The notes beneath the pieces were generated by a model, which was not told the origin of the DNA, made no database searches, and saw only the letters and a list, made by a program, of their open reading frames with translations. Source: Felis catus (lineage: Eukaryota). From it: 64,000 nucleotides of DNA. Below are positions 37,033-50,084 of the stretch, piece by piece (positions within the stretch are counted from its first letter, which is position 1; the number at the start of each line of letters is the position of its first letter). The position numbers and the translations under genes are program-made. Location of the stretch: positions 23,376,001 through 23,440,000 of the forward strand of contig NC_058383.1 in assembly GCF_018350175.1 (NCBI RefSeq), written 5' to 3'.

Positions 37033-37303
37033 CAGGGAAGATCTACAAACTGGGCTTGCATTCCCATTTAACAACAATTGTCTGGAGTGAGGCGGCAGCT
37101 TTAAACAGTACATGCGCTCCAGCTGGCCACAGTTCCCACCTCGCCTGCTGAAGACGTTTGACTTTGCATCTCTGTCTCTACGAAATAAATGTGTACTCAC
37201 TACAAACATCACAGCTGTCGGGAGGATGTGTCGGTGGACCCCCATCATCTCATCAACTGAGTGACCACTTGAAAGGATCAAGCAGAAAAAGTATTGATTT
37301 AAA

Positions 37304-37468
37304 GCAGTGATTCTTACCCTTTAATGTGCATGCGAATCACCTGGGGTCTTGTTAAAATACAAACTCTAACTCGGTAGACCTGTCGAGGAGCCTGAGACTG
37401 CGCGTGTCTAACGAGCCCCCGGTGATACGGATGCTGCTGAACCAAGGACCACACTTGGAGTGGCAAGG
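37304..37468. mobile_element. MER5A-like hAT MITE
   Basis: cagtgattcttacc...gaatcacctgggg...gtgatacggatgctgctg...gaccacacttggagtggcaagg. Confidence 0.8.
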
Positions 37469-37814
37469 GGCCAGGGGGCCATGGCTGGCCCGTTAGCCTC
37501 AGGAGTCAGAGTTGTTCTAGGATTGGAGCCCGTCCTCTCTGCTGAAACAGAGCCCCATCTAATTGGGAGTCCGCCCTGGGTTTGGGCTGAGCCGGGGGCA
37601 GCAGCTGAGCAAAAACTGGCGTGTTGAAAACGGATTCCCTCCAGAGTTTTGTAGAACTTGGGGAAAGTAGAGTAGCACTTATCGATGCCTAGCATGAGGC
37701 CCAGGTCATCCCAGCTAATCCTCAACCCCCGCCCCACACCACCTCCCCCAGAAACCACCACCCCCTCAACAGCAGACTAAAAGGTAGAAGCGTAGGGGAT
37801 AAGAAGGTAGGCCG

Positions 37815-38035
37815 TGGAGCCAGACAGCCTAGGTTCACATCCCAGTCTGCCACTGGTTAGCAGTGCTGCTCTGGGCAAGTTACTAGCCTCTCTCTGCTTC
37901 ATTCCATTTTCCATCAGGAAAATTGAGGATTGTAATAGTAGCCACCTCATGAGATGTAACAGGGTGACAACATGGATCGTGCTCAGGACAGTGACTGGCA
38001 CATGGTAAGTGGCCAACCAATACTTGCTATTATTA
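37815..38035 (+). mobile_element. MIR
   Basis: tggagccagacagcctaggttcacatccc...gggcaagttact...tggcacatggtaag. Confidence 0.8.
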
Positions 38036-38581
38036 ATACCCCTTTTTTACAAATGAGGAAAACAAGGCTAGGAGAAGTTAATTTGGTCACACATTAAAGG
38101 GTGGGCCCAGTTTTCTTTTCAGTGACCATAGGGAGTAAGGACAAAGAGGCCTGTGTGATGAGGCCGTGTCCAGAAACACAAAGAGCCCACTCTCTCCTTC
38201 CAGGTCCTTTTCTATCCTACTCTGCAGCTCACTCTTGTCCAGGAGGCAATGGCACATGGTAATGATAATAATGATGAATAGAATTTATTGACTATGCACA
38301 TCATCTCATTTACTCCTCACAACAATCTTATAATGTAGGTACCATTGCACTGTTTTTCCTCTGCTTTGCAGATGGGTGTCTGGAGACGTGCCCAAGGTCA
38401 CCTACCACAAAGTATTAGATCTAGGACCCAAACTAAGGCAGTGTAACTCCACGACCCAGGGGGCTATACTACCTGGATAAAAACTAGATGTACAGATGGC
38501 TTTGCTGATGACCTTTATCGATCACCTAAGGAAGACCTAAGACCAATTCTATATAAACCCTTCTAGAAAATAGAAAAGGGA

Positions 38582-38736
38582 GGGGCATCTGGGTGGCTCA
38601 GTCAGCTAAGTGTCTGACTCTTGGTTTTGGCGCAGGTCATGATCTTGCGGTTTGTGGGTTCAAGCCCCACATCAGGCTCTGTGCTGACAGTGTGGAACCT
38701 GCTTGGGATTCTCTTTCTCTGCTCCTCCCCCACGCA

Positions 38737-38774
<38 letters not shown>

Positions 38775-38800
38775 ATAAATAAATAAACTTAAAAAAATAA
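38582..38800 (+). mobile_element. Can-SINE
   Basis: Full body with (CT)n and tail. Confidence 0.92.
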
Positions 38801-39085
38801 GTTAGATGTCTATATAACAGCAACAGATCATCAGAAATTGAAATTAATAAAATTACATTTACAGTAACATAAAAAATATGAAATACTTAGAAATAAATAT
38901 GACAAAAGGTGTGAAATACTCATACAGTGAACATTACAAAACATCACTAAGAGAAGTTTTAGAAAACCTAAATAAATTAAGAGATACACTATGTTCATAA
39001 AGATTCAGTATTGTTAAGATGATGTAAATTCTCCCAACTAGATCTATAGAAACCATGCAATCCAAATAGAAATCCCCAGTAGGCT

Positions 39086-39152
39086 TGTGTGTGTGTGTGC
39101 ATGTGTGTGTGTGTGTGTGTGTGTGCGTGTGTGTGTGTGAGTGTGTGTGTGT
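39086..39152. repeat. (GT)n microsatellite, imperfect
   Basis: Directly visible. Confidence 0.9.
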
Positions 39153-39183
39153 AGAAATTGATAAGCTCTAAAATATATATGAA

Positions 39184-39399
39184 GGGGTGCCTGGCTCGGT
39201 TGGGCATCCGACTTCGGCTCAGGTCATGATTTGAGATTCTTGGGTTTGAGCCCCACATGGGGCTCTGTGCTGACAGCTCGGAGCATTGAGCCTGTTTCAG
39301 ATTCTGTGTCTCCTTCTCCCTCTCTGCCCCTCCCCTGCTCACTCTCTGTCTCTGTCTCTCTCAAAAATAAATAAACATTAAAAAATTGAAAATAAATAG
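39184..39399 (+). mobile_element. Can-SINE
   Basis: Body and tail; near-TSD aat(a/g)tatatg. Confidence 0.9.
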
Positions 39400-40030
39400 A
39401 ATGTATATGTAAATGCAAAGGGCCTACAAGAGCTAAAATAGCCTTGGGGGAGGAAAAATGAGGTAGAGTACTAACACAATCTGATTTCAAGACTTATTAT
39501 AAAGCTGTAGTAATTAAGACAGTGTGGCATTGGCCTAAAGATAGAAAAATAAATAAGTAGATGATTGAAACAGAATAAAAGGTCCATAGATAGACCCACA
39601 TATATATGGACAATTTGCAGCAAAAGCACAGGGACAATTTAGTGGAGAATGGATAGAGCCTTGAACACACAGTTTTAGAACAATTAGGTGCTTATATGCA
39701 AAAAGAAAAATGAACTTCTATCCATACCTCACATCAGATATAAAATTAACTCAAAATGCATCATAACTCTAAATAGAAAACTTAAAACTTTACAACATTT
39801 GGAACATAGGAGAATACCTTTGTAGCCCTGATCTGGGAAAGGTTTTTCAGATTCATCATCAAAAGCATGATCCATAAAAGGACAAACTGGACTTGATGAA
39901 ATTTTAAAACCTGTGCTCTTCAAAAGACCTTGTACAAGAATGAAAAGCAAGCTGCAGGCTGAGAGGATCAGAGAGCTGCTAAATCCCACAGCTGATAAAA
40001 CACCTGTATCCTGAGTATATTTAGAACTCT

Positions 40031-40173
40031 GGGGGCACCTGGGGGCTCAGTTAAGTATCCAAATCTTGATTTTGGGTCAGGTCACAAATTTACAGTTGTG
40101 AGATCAAGCCCTGTGTGGAGTTCTGTGCTGAGCATGGAGCCTACTTAAGATTCTCCCTGTCTCTCTCTAGCGT

Positions 40174-40228
<55 letters not shown>

Positions 40229-40280
40229 GATCCTCCCCTGCTCACATGCACTCTCTAATAAAAAAATTGTTTTTTAAAAA
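40031..40280 (+). mobile_element. Can-SINE with long (CT)n
   Basis: ggggcacctgggggctcag head; near-TSD agaa(c/a)tct. Confidence 0.88.
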
Positions 40281-41103
40281 AGAAATCTTAAAACTTAACA
40301 AGTCAACAATAAGCCAATAAAAAATAGTGAAAATATCTGGACACATCACCAAATAAGACATATCGATGGAAAATAAGTACATGAAAAATAACTCAATCTT
40401 TACTGTCTAGAGAAACGTAAATTAAAGTCAACATCCCACTACTATTCTTACTAGAATGGTTAAAACTTAGACTGACCATACCAAGGGTTGGCAAAGATGT
40501 GGAGAAAACAGAAGCCTCACACACTGCGAATGGGAACATAAAATAGTACAGTTACTTTGGAAAACAGTTTGTCAGTTTCTCAAAAAGTAACAATGTACCT
40601 ATCATATGAAACAGCCATTCCACTCTTAGATATTTTCCCAAGAATAAAAGGATATGTCCATAAAAAATATGTACCTATGTTCATAGCAGCTTTATTTTTA
40701 ATAGTCCAAAACTTAAAAAAAAAAAAATATCCATCAACAGGTGAATTATAAACTATGTGTACTATCACATGTGTAAAATGGAATACTATTCAGCAATAAG
40801 AAAGAGTGCAACATTGATACATGCTACAACACAGAAAAACCTCAAAGTCATTATGCTACGTGAAAGAAACCAGACAAAAAAAAAAGTGCAGAGTACATTA
40901 TTTTATTTTTATAAAATTGTAGGAAATGCAAACTCATGCACGCCGACAGAAGGCAGATCAGGAGTTGTCTGGGAAGGTGGGTAGAAAGGCTTACAGAGCA
41001 GCACAGGAAACTTCTCAGGGTGATGCACATGTTCATTACCTTGACTGTGGTGATGGTTTCACTGGTGTGTATGTAGGTCAAAACATCAAACTGCATACTT
41101 CAT

Positions 41104-41271
41104 TTAAAAAATATTTTTTAGGGGAGCCTGAGTGGCTCAGTCAGTTAAGTGTCCGACTTCGGCTCAGGTCATGATCTCACAGTTCATGGGTTTCAGCACC
41201 GCGTCGGGCTCTGTGCTGGCAGCTCAGAGCCTGGAGTCTGCTTCAGATTCTGTGTGTCCCTCTCTCTCTGC

Positions 41272-41325
<54 letters not shown>

Positions 41326-41530
41326 AAAAATAAAAATAAAATAAAATAAACATTAAAACAAATTTTTAATAAATAAATAAAAATTTTAAAAAATTTAAGG
41401 GTTTATTTTTGAGAGAGAGCACACAAGCAGGGGAGGGGGATAGAGAAAGAAAGTTCATGCAGGGCTTGAACTCACAAACTGTAAGATCATAAACTGAGCT
41501 GAAGTCGGACACTTAACCAACTGAGCCCCC
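41104..41530 (-). mobile_element. Can-SINE (internally deleted), host of a nested SINE
   Basis: Near-TSD aaactg(ca/ta)(t/c)acttcat at 41088-41103 and 41531-41546. Confidence 0.8.
41121..41386 (+). mobile_element. Can-SINE inserted in the tail of the previous SINE
   Basis: Full body with (CT)n and long tail. Confidence 0.9.
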
Positions 41531-41609
41531 AAACTGTACACTTCATGCAATTTATTATATATCCAGTACTCCTCAGAAAGACTGGTAAGTATAATAAAAA
41601 AATTTTCAT

Positions 41610-41697
41610 TGGATGGGTAGATGGGTGGATGGATGGGTGGGTAGATGGATGGATGGACAGATAGATGGACGGATGGATAGATAGGTGGTAATGGGTG
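41610..41697. repeat. (GGAT)n-like degenerate microsatellite
   Basis: ggatgggtagatgggtggatggatg... Confidence 0.85.
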
Positions 41698-43614
41698 GAG
41701 GGAGGGAGAGAGAGGGGGAAGGATTCCCTCTCCCTTTACTTTTGGCCTAAGAAACAGGACATTTCCTCACTGGATTTTTCAACAAGCTTTCCTATCACCT
41801 TGGGGCTCATTTGTCTCTGTTCATACTGCATTTATTGTCTGTCCTAACCCCTGCCACCCTTAGGACCAAACTCTGATCACTAATTGCACTGTTATTAGAT
41901 TGGATTCCCTCTGGGACTGTACAACCTTTATTAGTTCAGAGCTTTTCATTCTCTTATCTCACCAAGCTCCCAGCACCAACCTTAGCACACACAAAAAAGG
42001 CACTCAATAAAGATTTTTCTGGTTAATTGATTTACTGATTAGTTAATTGGAAAGGCTATAAATTCTATAAGGTGTTGTTTTAAAAATCCAATGGGATTTA
42101 GGGAATTGGGATTTTACTAAACTGCTTACCTTTAAGAAAAAAAAAAGTATTGGAACTCTGACTTCCAAATTTTTCCACAATTGCCCCATAATGCTTTTAT
42201 AATCAGAAAACTGGCTCTAAAAATACCTAAATAAGTACACATACCACTCAAATTTTAAAAACAACAGCCCCATCAGGTTCATTGGCAACTCTAGCAAATC
42301 AGACTGAGTATTTTCACTGTCTGTGTTATGCCAGAGGTTGGCATCCCACCCTCCTCTCCTCTTTAAGCTTAAAGTGCTTCTGGAAGATTCCAGTAGAAAC
42401 CACAGAGTGAACTGAAACAATGGATTCATGGAACAAGGCAATCAGGAAAGGGAGCCAAGGCCAACCAAAGTTGTCTGCTTAGACAAAAGCTCTGATCCAG
42501 CAAATTTCTCAGAAAGTTCCATCTATATTTATAGCTTTGGAAAGCTTTGGGGAGCATGGAACACTCAGGTTGGTGGAATCCTGGCTCTGAGAGGTACTGG
42601 GAACAAAGTGTTCCCTCCTGGAATAGATGGCAAGACAGTCAAGTTGGGCTTCTGAATCCTTCCTGACCTCAGAGGAGACTTTTGGCTTCTCTGGGCCTCC
42701 GTTTCTTCCTTTATTTAATGGAATTTATTTTTTCCTACTTGACTTATAAAGCATACAGTAACAACAACCACCACTTATTTAGTTAGTACTTGTTATGTTT
42801 AAGGGTCATTTCATTCTTAAAAACAGTACTCTATTTAATGCCCATTGAATAGATAGTGTAACTGAGGTGTGTGCAGATTAAGTGATTCACTCAGGTTCCC
42901 ACTGCCAAGTAAGTGGTTGGTGAAGGATTTGCAGTTGGGTCTATTTGGCTTTAAAGCTTAGGTCTCAACCTCTAAACAGCTGTGGGGTTGAGATTAAATG
43001 TGATAAAGACAAACAAAAAAACAGAGGAAACAACTGTTTCTTGAGCCTCTTTTACAAGCCACGCACTTCACACCTGTCACAACTATGAATTGCTCTCAAA
43101 TATTAAGGTCTAAACCAAATACAATCCAGCTGAAACCCCACTACAGTGTACATTGTACTACAAAAGAAGGTTCTCAAGAAGTTAACCGTCACTGATCCTA
43201 CACTCCATCATTTTTCAGGCCCCCCTTCTTTCTGGAGTCCTGAAAAGCCCTAGGTCAGTGGTTGGCTTCTCACTGAGCATCCAGGGGTTCCATCTGCTCT
43301 GCTTCATGGGGGTAGGAGGATCACCAGGGAACCACTGCCCCCCCTCCCCAGAGCCAGCCTCGGGAGTATCTTCCCTCCATGGCTTCCCAGGCTCCTACCC
43401 ATAGTGCCTGCTCTCCAGAGACAACCTCCCAGGCACTGCTTTTGAGTAAAGACCTCTGAGGACCAGGTAGTAGCTATGGTCACCATTAATATTTATTATG
43501 TACCTATTATATCCAGGTAGGGTGTTAAACTCCTTAAGTACATTATTCCACTTAATCTCACAACAACTGAGAAGTGTTACTGGCCCAGTACTGCACATAA
43601 GAAAACTAAATCTT

Positions 43615-43732
43615 GGGGTGCCTGGGTGACTCAGTCAGTTGAGCACCCAACTCTTGACTTCAGCTCATGACCTCAGGGTCGTGGGATGGAGACCCGAGTT
43701 GGGCTCTGCACTGGGCGTGGAGTCGGCTTAAG

Positions 43733-43794
<62 letters not shown>

Positions 43795-43893
43795 CCCCCC
43801 CCACCCCTTTCCCCTGCCTGCACTCTCTCTCTATCTCTATCTCTACCCCTCTCTCAATCTCTAAAATTAAAAAAAAAAATTAATTTAAAAAAA
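43615..43893 (+). mobile_element. Can-SINE
   Basis: Head ggggtgcctgggtgactcag; long (CT)n; A tail. Confidence 0.9.
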
Positions 43894-43914
43894 CTCAGCT
43901 CTAAAAAAAAAAAA

Positions 43915-44302
43915 AAGTTTAACAAACAGCTCTAGGGGAAATGCTTGCCCATGTCCCTGGTGTAAATACTCCTACTAGGGCCAATTTCAGGATACCATTG
44001 TGATGTCACAGGCCTCAGATATGGGAGGAGAGACACAGGGACATACCGCCATATCACTGCCACCATGCAGATATAAGAGACATAAGTAGCCTCAGGAGCA
44101 CAGATAACAGTAAAAGGGAGTAAAATAGCAAGGAATCGATAAGTTTTGAGTACTCACTACCTTTGGTTTCAATATAAATTGTAAGTACAAGTTTATAGAG
44201 TTTAATTTTTGGTAATGGCTGTTTTGAACAACCAGCTCACACAATTCCTGATAATTAAACAGTTGGCTTTCAAGAGCTTGTTCTGGCTTTAGCATGTAAC
44301 TG
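43915..44302 (-). mobile_element. MER63-like hAT-Blackjack element
   Basis: ggtgtaaatactcc...gccaatttcag...taatggctgttttgaacaaccagctcacacaattcctgataattaaaca resembles MER63 in antisense. Confidence 0.75.
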
Positions 44303-44450
44303 GTAGGGACTATTAGTACCATTTGGGGGCAGGAGGAAACAAAGGCACAGAAAGGCTGGGTAACTTGCAGAAAGTCACACAGCTCAGAAGGGGCAAAGTC
44401 AGTATTCAAACTGGGACAGTCCGGCTCCAGAATCTGTGCTCTCAACCATG
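44302..44450 (-). mobile_element. MIR
   Basis: gaggaaacaaaggcacagaaaggctgggtaacttgcagaaagtcacacagct. Confidence 0.75.
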
Positions 44451-45339
44451 TCCCCTAAGGCTTCTCCTGCAAAAGCGCCGGGTCTTTCTGTCTAGACTGT
44501 CAGCCCACAGGTTTTCTTTTGTGCTCCTCTCGGGAAATACAGCCGGTGCATTTGATGGAAGACTCACAGAAGTGCTCTGGGCTTTCGTGCAGCATCTTCC
44601 CAAGACCTTGGGCAGGAGTGGAGGCCTCCACCTGCCTCGGCAGCACAGCTCTCGGGTTCTGGGGCCCTGCGATTGGCTGCGGACGCCCCACCTGGCCGAA
44701 ATCCACGTCTGGCGGGCAGGGCCTTGCCCTCGAGGCCCGACTGCGCCTGCGTTCAAACCGCACATCCATTATGGAAAGGAGGGTCCCTTAATGTAGCGCA
44801 AATTATAGCTGGAACACAAGCAAATTGCCGGCTTTTACTAGCACATAAACTGAGCGGAACCTTTGAGATAGATCCGCATTACCCTAAACGGCATCCATAA
44901 TTCATACCTGCAGCAGAAATGCTTCCCCCTCCTAGGGCTGGAGCAGATCTATTATTGATGGGCCCCTTAGAAGGCCACGACAGAGTGTTTCTCATGCTCT
45001 AGCCATCTGCCAGCATGGTCAATTCCTCAGGCGGCGGCAGCACATTTATTCATCAGAATCAACTCCCAATTAGTTTCCTAGCAGGACCCGGGGGGGATTT
45101 ATTTGAGGAATCAAAGTGAGTGTTTCTAGAACAGTACCCCCATCCCCACCCCTGCGATGCTAATCAATACATACAGAACCAGCGAGCAGCAGGCCAGCAT
45201 TGGTTTCCGCTCAGAAATGCTGCTGCCTTTGGAAATCACGGGGAGCAAACCGAAAAAGCTATAGAGCTCCTCCCTCGGCGCAGAGGGGTGGGATGGCCAG
45301 GGGCTTCTTGCAGTCCGGGGAGAAGTCACTGGATTGTCA

Positions 45340-45575
45340 GAGCACAGACCTCACCGGATGGAAAACACTTCTGAGATGCCAACTATATCCTAGGCTCTTC
45401 GTGAAAATCCTTAGAGAAACTCTGTAAGATGGGTATTGATTATATTCCCCTTTTATGGGTGGGGAAACTGAGACTAAGTAACTCAGCCAAGGTCACACAG
45501 CTGGTAACTGGCAGTACCAAGATTCTGAGCCCAGAAAAACTGGATTCCAAAATGCAAGGGCTTCACCACTACTCC
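45340..45575 (-). mobile_element. MIR
   Basis: ggggaaactgagactaagtaactcagccaaggtcacacagctggtaactggcag. Confidence 0.75.
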
Positions 45576-45698
45576 ATGCTGCCACCTGGAGGTGGAGGGA
45601 AGGGAACCCACAACAAATCCCTAAAGAAATCTGGACATTTAGCTACCATAACACAACAGGTTGACAAAAACCCCACCTGACTGGTTAAGTAAATGCCT

Positions 45699-45891
45699 TT
45701 TTTTTTTTAATGCTTATTTATCTTGAGAAAGAGAGTGAGAGAGCAGGGAAGGGTCAAACAGAGAGGAAGAGAGAGAATCCCAAGCATGCTCTGTGCTGTC
45801 AGCGCAGAGCCAGACAAAGGGCTCAGTCCCACGAACTGTGAGCTGAAACCAAGAGTCAGCCGCTTAACCCACTGAGCCACCCAGGTGCCCC
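45699..45891 (-). mobile_element. Can-SINE
   Basis: Ends actgagccacccaggtgcccc. Confidence 0.9.
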
Positions 45892-48800
45892 AATGGTGTT
45901 TTTTTAATGTTACTGCTTTTTTATATTGCGATTTATTATTTTACAAAATGCCTAATTTTTAAATGGCTACATGAATTAATGGCTATTAATAAACACTGAT
46001 GGTTTAAAAAGACTAAATCTTTTTAAGGGAGGATTTGGGGGATGGTGGAGGATAAATCATGAAAGGGGTACCCAGAATTTAAAAGGCTGAGAAACACCGG
46101 ACAAAGACATAGCTATAGCTATAGCTGGAAAGAAGCACTCATGAAGCACTCATGTCTGTTACACATCTTCCTAGAACCAAGCTCTGCCTGGCACAGGGGA
46201 CACAGGAACCAATAAGGCATGGATTCGAACGTCCCCAACAGACTAGACAGACAAATGATTAACTGGCGGAATAACGCTGGGCTGGATGTAAACAAGCCTC
46301 CCCACAACCATGCCCTTTCTTTCCTGCGCAGGGGCTGCCGGCACAGCACTTTTCCACATGAAAGTCGCGATCCCATGGCACTTTGTCTGCTTGCCAGTGT
46401 GCTTCTGCCACAAGACGCTAAGCTCTATGGGGGCAGGAACTGGGTTGTGTTCAGTTTGGTACCCACCGGGGCTCAGTACAGTATCTGAACACAGTAGGTG
46501 CTCAATGAGTGCTTGTGGAATGGATAAATTAATGAATACATAAGTGAATAAAGTGTTAGAAGCTAAGACCAGGAAATGAGAGCAGACTGACGACTCCCGT
46601 AGGCAAGCCTGGCTGTGGTCTCATCAACACTGAGCCCAGGACTGTTACCCTACGCTGGCTCTCACAAAATCTAAGCGGCGTGTTGCATTGAGGACCGAGC
46701 CCCATAAAGAGTGGATCACTTGTTGGTTAAGTAAATGGGAAGGGCACTTACCTCCGTTCCTCCTGACTTGAAGGAAGACAGGCCTCCTGCACAAGGCTGG
46801 TTTCTGCATCTCTTTCTAGATCTTACCCCTTTCGTTAATTTTCTGCCCCCTGTTTTCTCTACCTTTAGCGGGAGCCTCTTCTCCACGTTTTCCTCCTCAG
46901 TGCCAAAACAATAGCTCAAATCTCCTCAAAGTTAAAATAATGCAAGTGAGACTCCTCTAGAGCAACTGCCCCTTCCCGCCTCCCAAAGCCAAGCATCTCA
47001 TCTACACTAAGAAGCTGCGCTTCCATCCAGGCCTATAGGGGGCACCATTCACATTGTGCTAGGCAAGGACCACATGTCTGGGAGCACAGCTCTACAGAAC
47101 AGTGTGAAAGAAGCCCCAGGGGTTGAGGTCCACTCACTCCTCAATCCGCTGCTCTCTGGTTCCCAGCGTGGCACTGAGACTGTTCTGAGTATGGTCAGAA
47201 ATGACACTATATTGCCAAGCCAGATGGGCATTCTGAGTTGTGATCTTACTTGCCTTCTCTGCAGACGGTTAGCACAGTTGTCTCTTCCCTCGTTCTCCAC
47301 CCTTGGCTTCCACGGTTCCACTCCCTCTGGTTTTCCTTCTCTCTCTCTTTCTCTGCCTGCTCCTCTGTCCCCTCTACCTGTCCCTCCACCTGTCCCTTGC
47401 TGCTTGGTTCTGTTTATCTTCTCCTTCCTTCCACTCTTTTCTCGGTGATCCCATCCAGGCCTTGGCCTTTCACTCCCTCTTCATCACCAAGAACTCACAG
47501 CCCTGCATTGTCTGCCGAGCTCCGGCCCACCTGCTTCATCTGCCAGCTCTTGTCCTCATCTCCCAAATCCAAACTGTCAGCCAACTCCTATTGATCTGAC
47601 TTCTTAACTACTTTCTGAATCTACTTTCTTACTATCCCTACTGTGACTGCTGAGTTCAGACCCTCTCCTGGACTCCTTGCCTGCATTCTGCCCTCCCCAT
47701 ACCTATCCCATCCAGCTGCCAGTGTGACTTTTCAGTAGAACGAGGTTCCTGCACCCTTCATCTCTTTAATACTTCCTCATCCTCACCCCCAGAGAGGACA
47801 TCTTTCGTCTGCACTAAATCAAAATACCATATTTCATCCAATATAAAACACTCTGATGCTGGCACTTTTTTGATTTTACAAGAAAATGTCAAAGGAAACT
47901 CCTCATATGACGCGGCTAACATCACTTGTAAATGCACAGAGCAGGGAGAAGGGAGGGAGAAGGAAGAAAAGAAAGGAAGAAAGAAGGGAAGGAAGAGGGC
48001 AAGAGACAAGAATGTGTACTTCCAAAGAGCCCATCTAAGGTAATTCTCTGTGGACAAATGGGACCCACAGTTGGGACACCATCCTCTGGATTCTGAATAT
48101 ACCCATGATTGGCTCCAAGAAAGACTGGTTCTTTCTGGTGATGAGCCGGGTCCTTCTAGATACAGTGGGTCATAAAGGCAGTTCTACAAACGTAAATTCA
48201 ATCTCATTGTTAAACTCTTCAGAACACTTCAATGCCCCTATCTCACATGATCTATAGGAGAAAATCCAAAATGTGAAAGAGCATTATGAGGTCAAGACTT
48301 GGAGAATGTTGAAAATATCCCAAGACCCTGGCATACTTCCCCACTTCTCCCCTCCAGACAGCTTATAAATAGCAGCTACTATTGCGGTGGGTGCAAGGCG
48401 GTGAGTGAGATGCTGCCATGTTGATTGTGTCTGGCCCAGCCTGCCCAAGAGGCCAGCACCCCATCATTCCCCAATAAATCAGGAGGTCATTTTTCACTGA
48501 ACTGAAACTCAATACTCCCATCGTTTTCTCCCCTAACCAGCCCCGAGATTGCTCTGTGCTCTTTATTACCTTTCAATGACTTAAGCCCCTGAACTGAATA
48601 ACTTCATCAAGGTGTCAACCTAAACAGATTTTCCCCATAATGGCCCAACTCTCACAGGTTCTTAATGAAAAATATTGATTCCCAAGGATTAGTTGCAGAT
48701 TTATGTGTTGGGATGCTGATCTCTCTGTCACCTAGCACCTTATCAGTGGATGAAAGGACCTAGTTCCCCTTCATGGTTTTAAAAAAGCAATCACTGGCTA

Positions 48801-49239
48801 TGTCAAGGGGCAGCTTAGGTCCAGAAAAACAAATAAAATTCTGTGTCTGGATCCCATAGAATACTTAACAGATGGGGGGCAGGGGCACTGAGACACCTGT
48901 CTTTCCTCATTAGTATCTTCACTGGTTGGGCTCTTGGGAGACTGGGCACAGGGAAGCGACAAGCAGCCCTCCTGGTATGACTGATCCTGGGGACACAGTC
49001 TGGAGAAAAGCACACTGTGTACACCCTGTCTGGGGCTGGAGACACCAACTGGAAGGAATTCAGCAGCTGCTGTCTCCAAGTGGCATTCAATCAACACCAG
49101 CCTAAGGTTGCCTCTGCCAACTCGCTGTGTTAAATGTGGCTCTCGGGGGACGAAATTGAGGCTCTGGCACCTGAAACCTCAACAAGCTGCACAGCAGGAT
49201 TTCTCCTGTCACCCAGAGGTGGCTGGAATGGAACATGAT

Positions 49240-49990
49240 TCATTCTCTACTTGGTAAATACCTAGTGAGGGTCTATTATGTGCAAAGGACTGTGCCGGGC
49301 ACCAAGGACCCCATAGTCAGCAACAGCAGATAAGGGGTCCCACTCTCACGGAAAAGGCAGACCAAAAAGAAACGATCACAAATAAACACAGAACTGCAGC
49401 TGTGACAAGATGATGGGGATGTGGACAGAAGCCTCTAAGAAGTGAGAAGGTCAAGAGAGATCTCTTTGAGAAAGTACTGGTCAAGGTAACACCAGAGGAT
49501 AAGGAGTCCGTTGAAAAAGCAAGGAGGGTAGGGAACATTCAGGTATATTCAGGTAGAGGAAGTATCAAGTGCAAAAGCCCTGTTTTGGAGGGAGCCCAGC
49601 ACCAGCTGTGTGGCCAGAGTGCAGAGAGTGGGGAGCATGGCCTGAGAGGGCTCTGGACAGGCCGGCAGGGGCCAGACTGTGGATCTGAGCCCCAATTCTA
49701 AGAACAATAGGAAGCCACTAAAGGGTTTTAAGCAGGAGGGTGAGCCAACCTGACCAGATCTACACTTAGCAAAGACCCTCTTTGGCTTCTCTGTGAAGAA
49801 TGGATGGAAGCAGGAGAGAGACTCGGGGGTTGGGGGGGGACAGTGGTGGTCTGGGTGGAAGATGAAGCCAGGATGCTGCCAGAGAGCGAGAGACATGGAC
49901 AGAATCCAGGAATACTTTGGAGCAAAAACCAACAGGCACTGGTACTGAACTAATGTGAGGTGGGGGTAGGCTGAGGCAAAGGAGGGGACT
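49240..49990 (-). mobile_element. L2 fragment
   Basis: gagggtctattatgtgc...aagtgcaaaagccctg...ggaagccactaaagggttttaagcagg. Confidence 0.75.
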
Positions 49991-50084
49991 CTCAGACTTC
50001 TTGTCCGAACTGCTCCTTCTCTGAAGTCATAGCCTCCTCACTTGGGGCCATCAAGGCTTCTCTAATCCTGGGAAGCTCCTACAG

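Larger units (their letters stand above)
36545..37160 (+). mobile_element. MER102-like hAT element, interrupted by a microsatellite and a SINE
   Basis: catccagatgtccagct...gaagat | gaagatctacaaactgggcttgcattccc...aacaattgtctggag. Confidence 0.6.
38805..41590 (+). mobile_element. Old L1M (L1MC/L1MD-like) ORF2 3' part and 3' UTR, interrupted by four SINEs
   Basis: Degenerate ORF2 DNA (aagacttattataaagctgtagtaattaagacagtgtgg; atggaatactattcagcaataag) and 3' UTR gttcattaccttgactgtggtgatggtttcac. Confidence 0.85.

Noticed and set aside
41192..41208. ttcagcacc, the left half of an RE1/REST site
   Set aside because: Lies in a mutated SINE B box and the right half (ggacag) is absent
46109..46153. 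(ATAGCT)3 and gaagcactcat x2
   Set aside because: Short slippage duplications with no further structure
46752..46786. Perfect minus-strand donor AG|GTAAGT with a nearby AG
   Set aside because: Upstream sequence on that strand lacks a pyrimidine tract; isolated donors are common by chance
47758..48057. 99-aa ORF with a protein-like middle section
   Set aside because: Includes a low-complexity purine tract and a taccatatttcat motif resembling a Tc2/Kanga-type transposon end; no convincing splice sites or homology recognised
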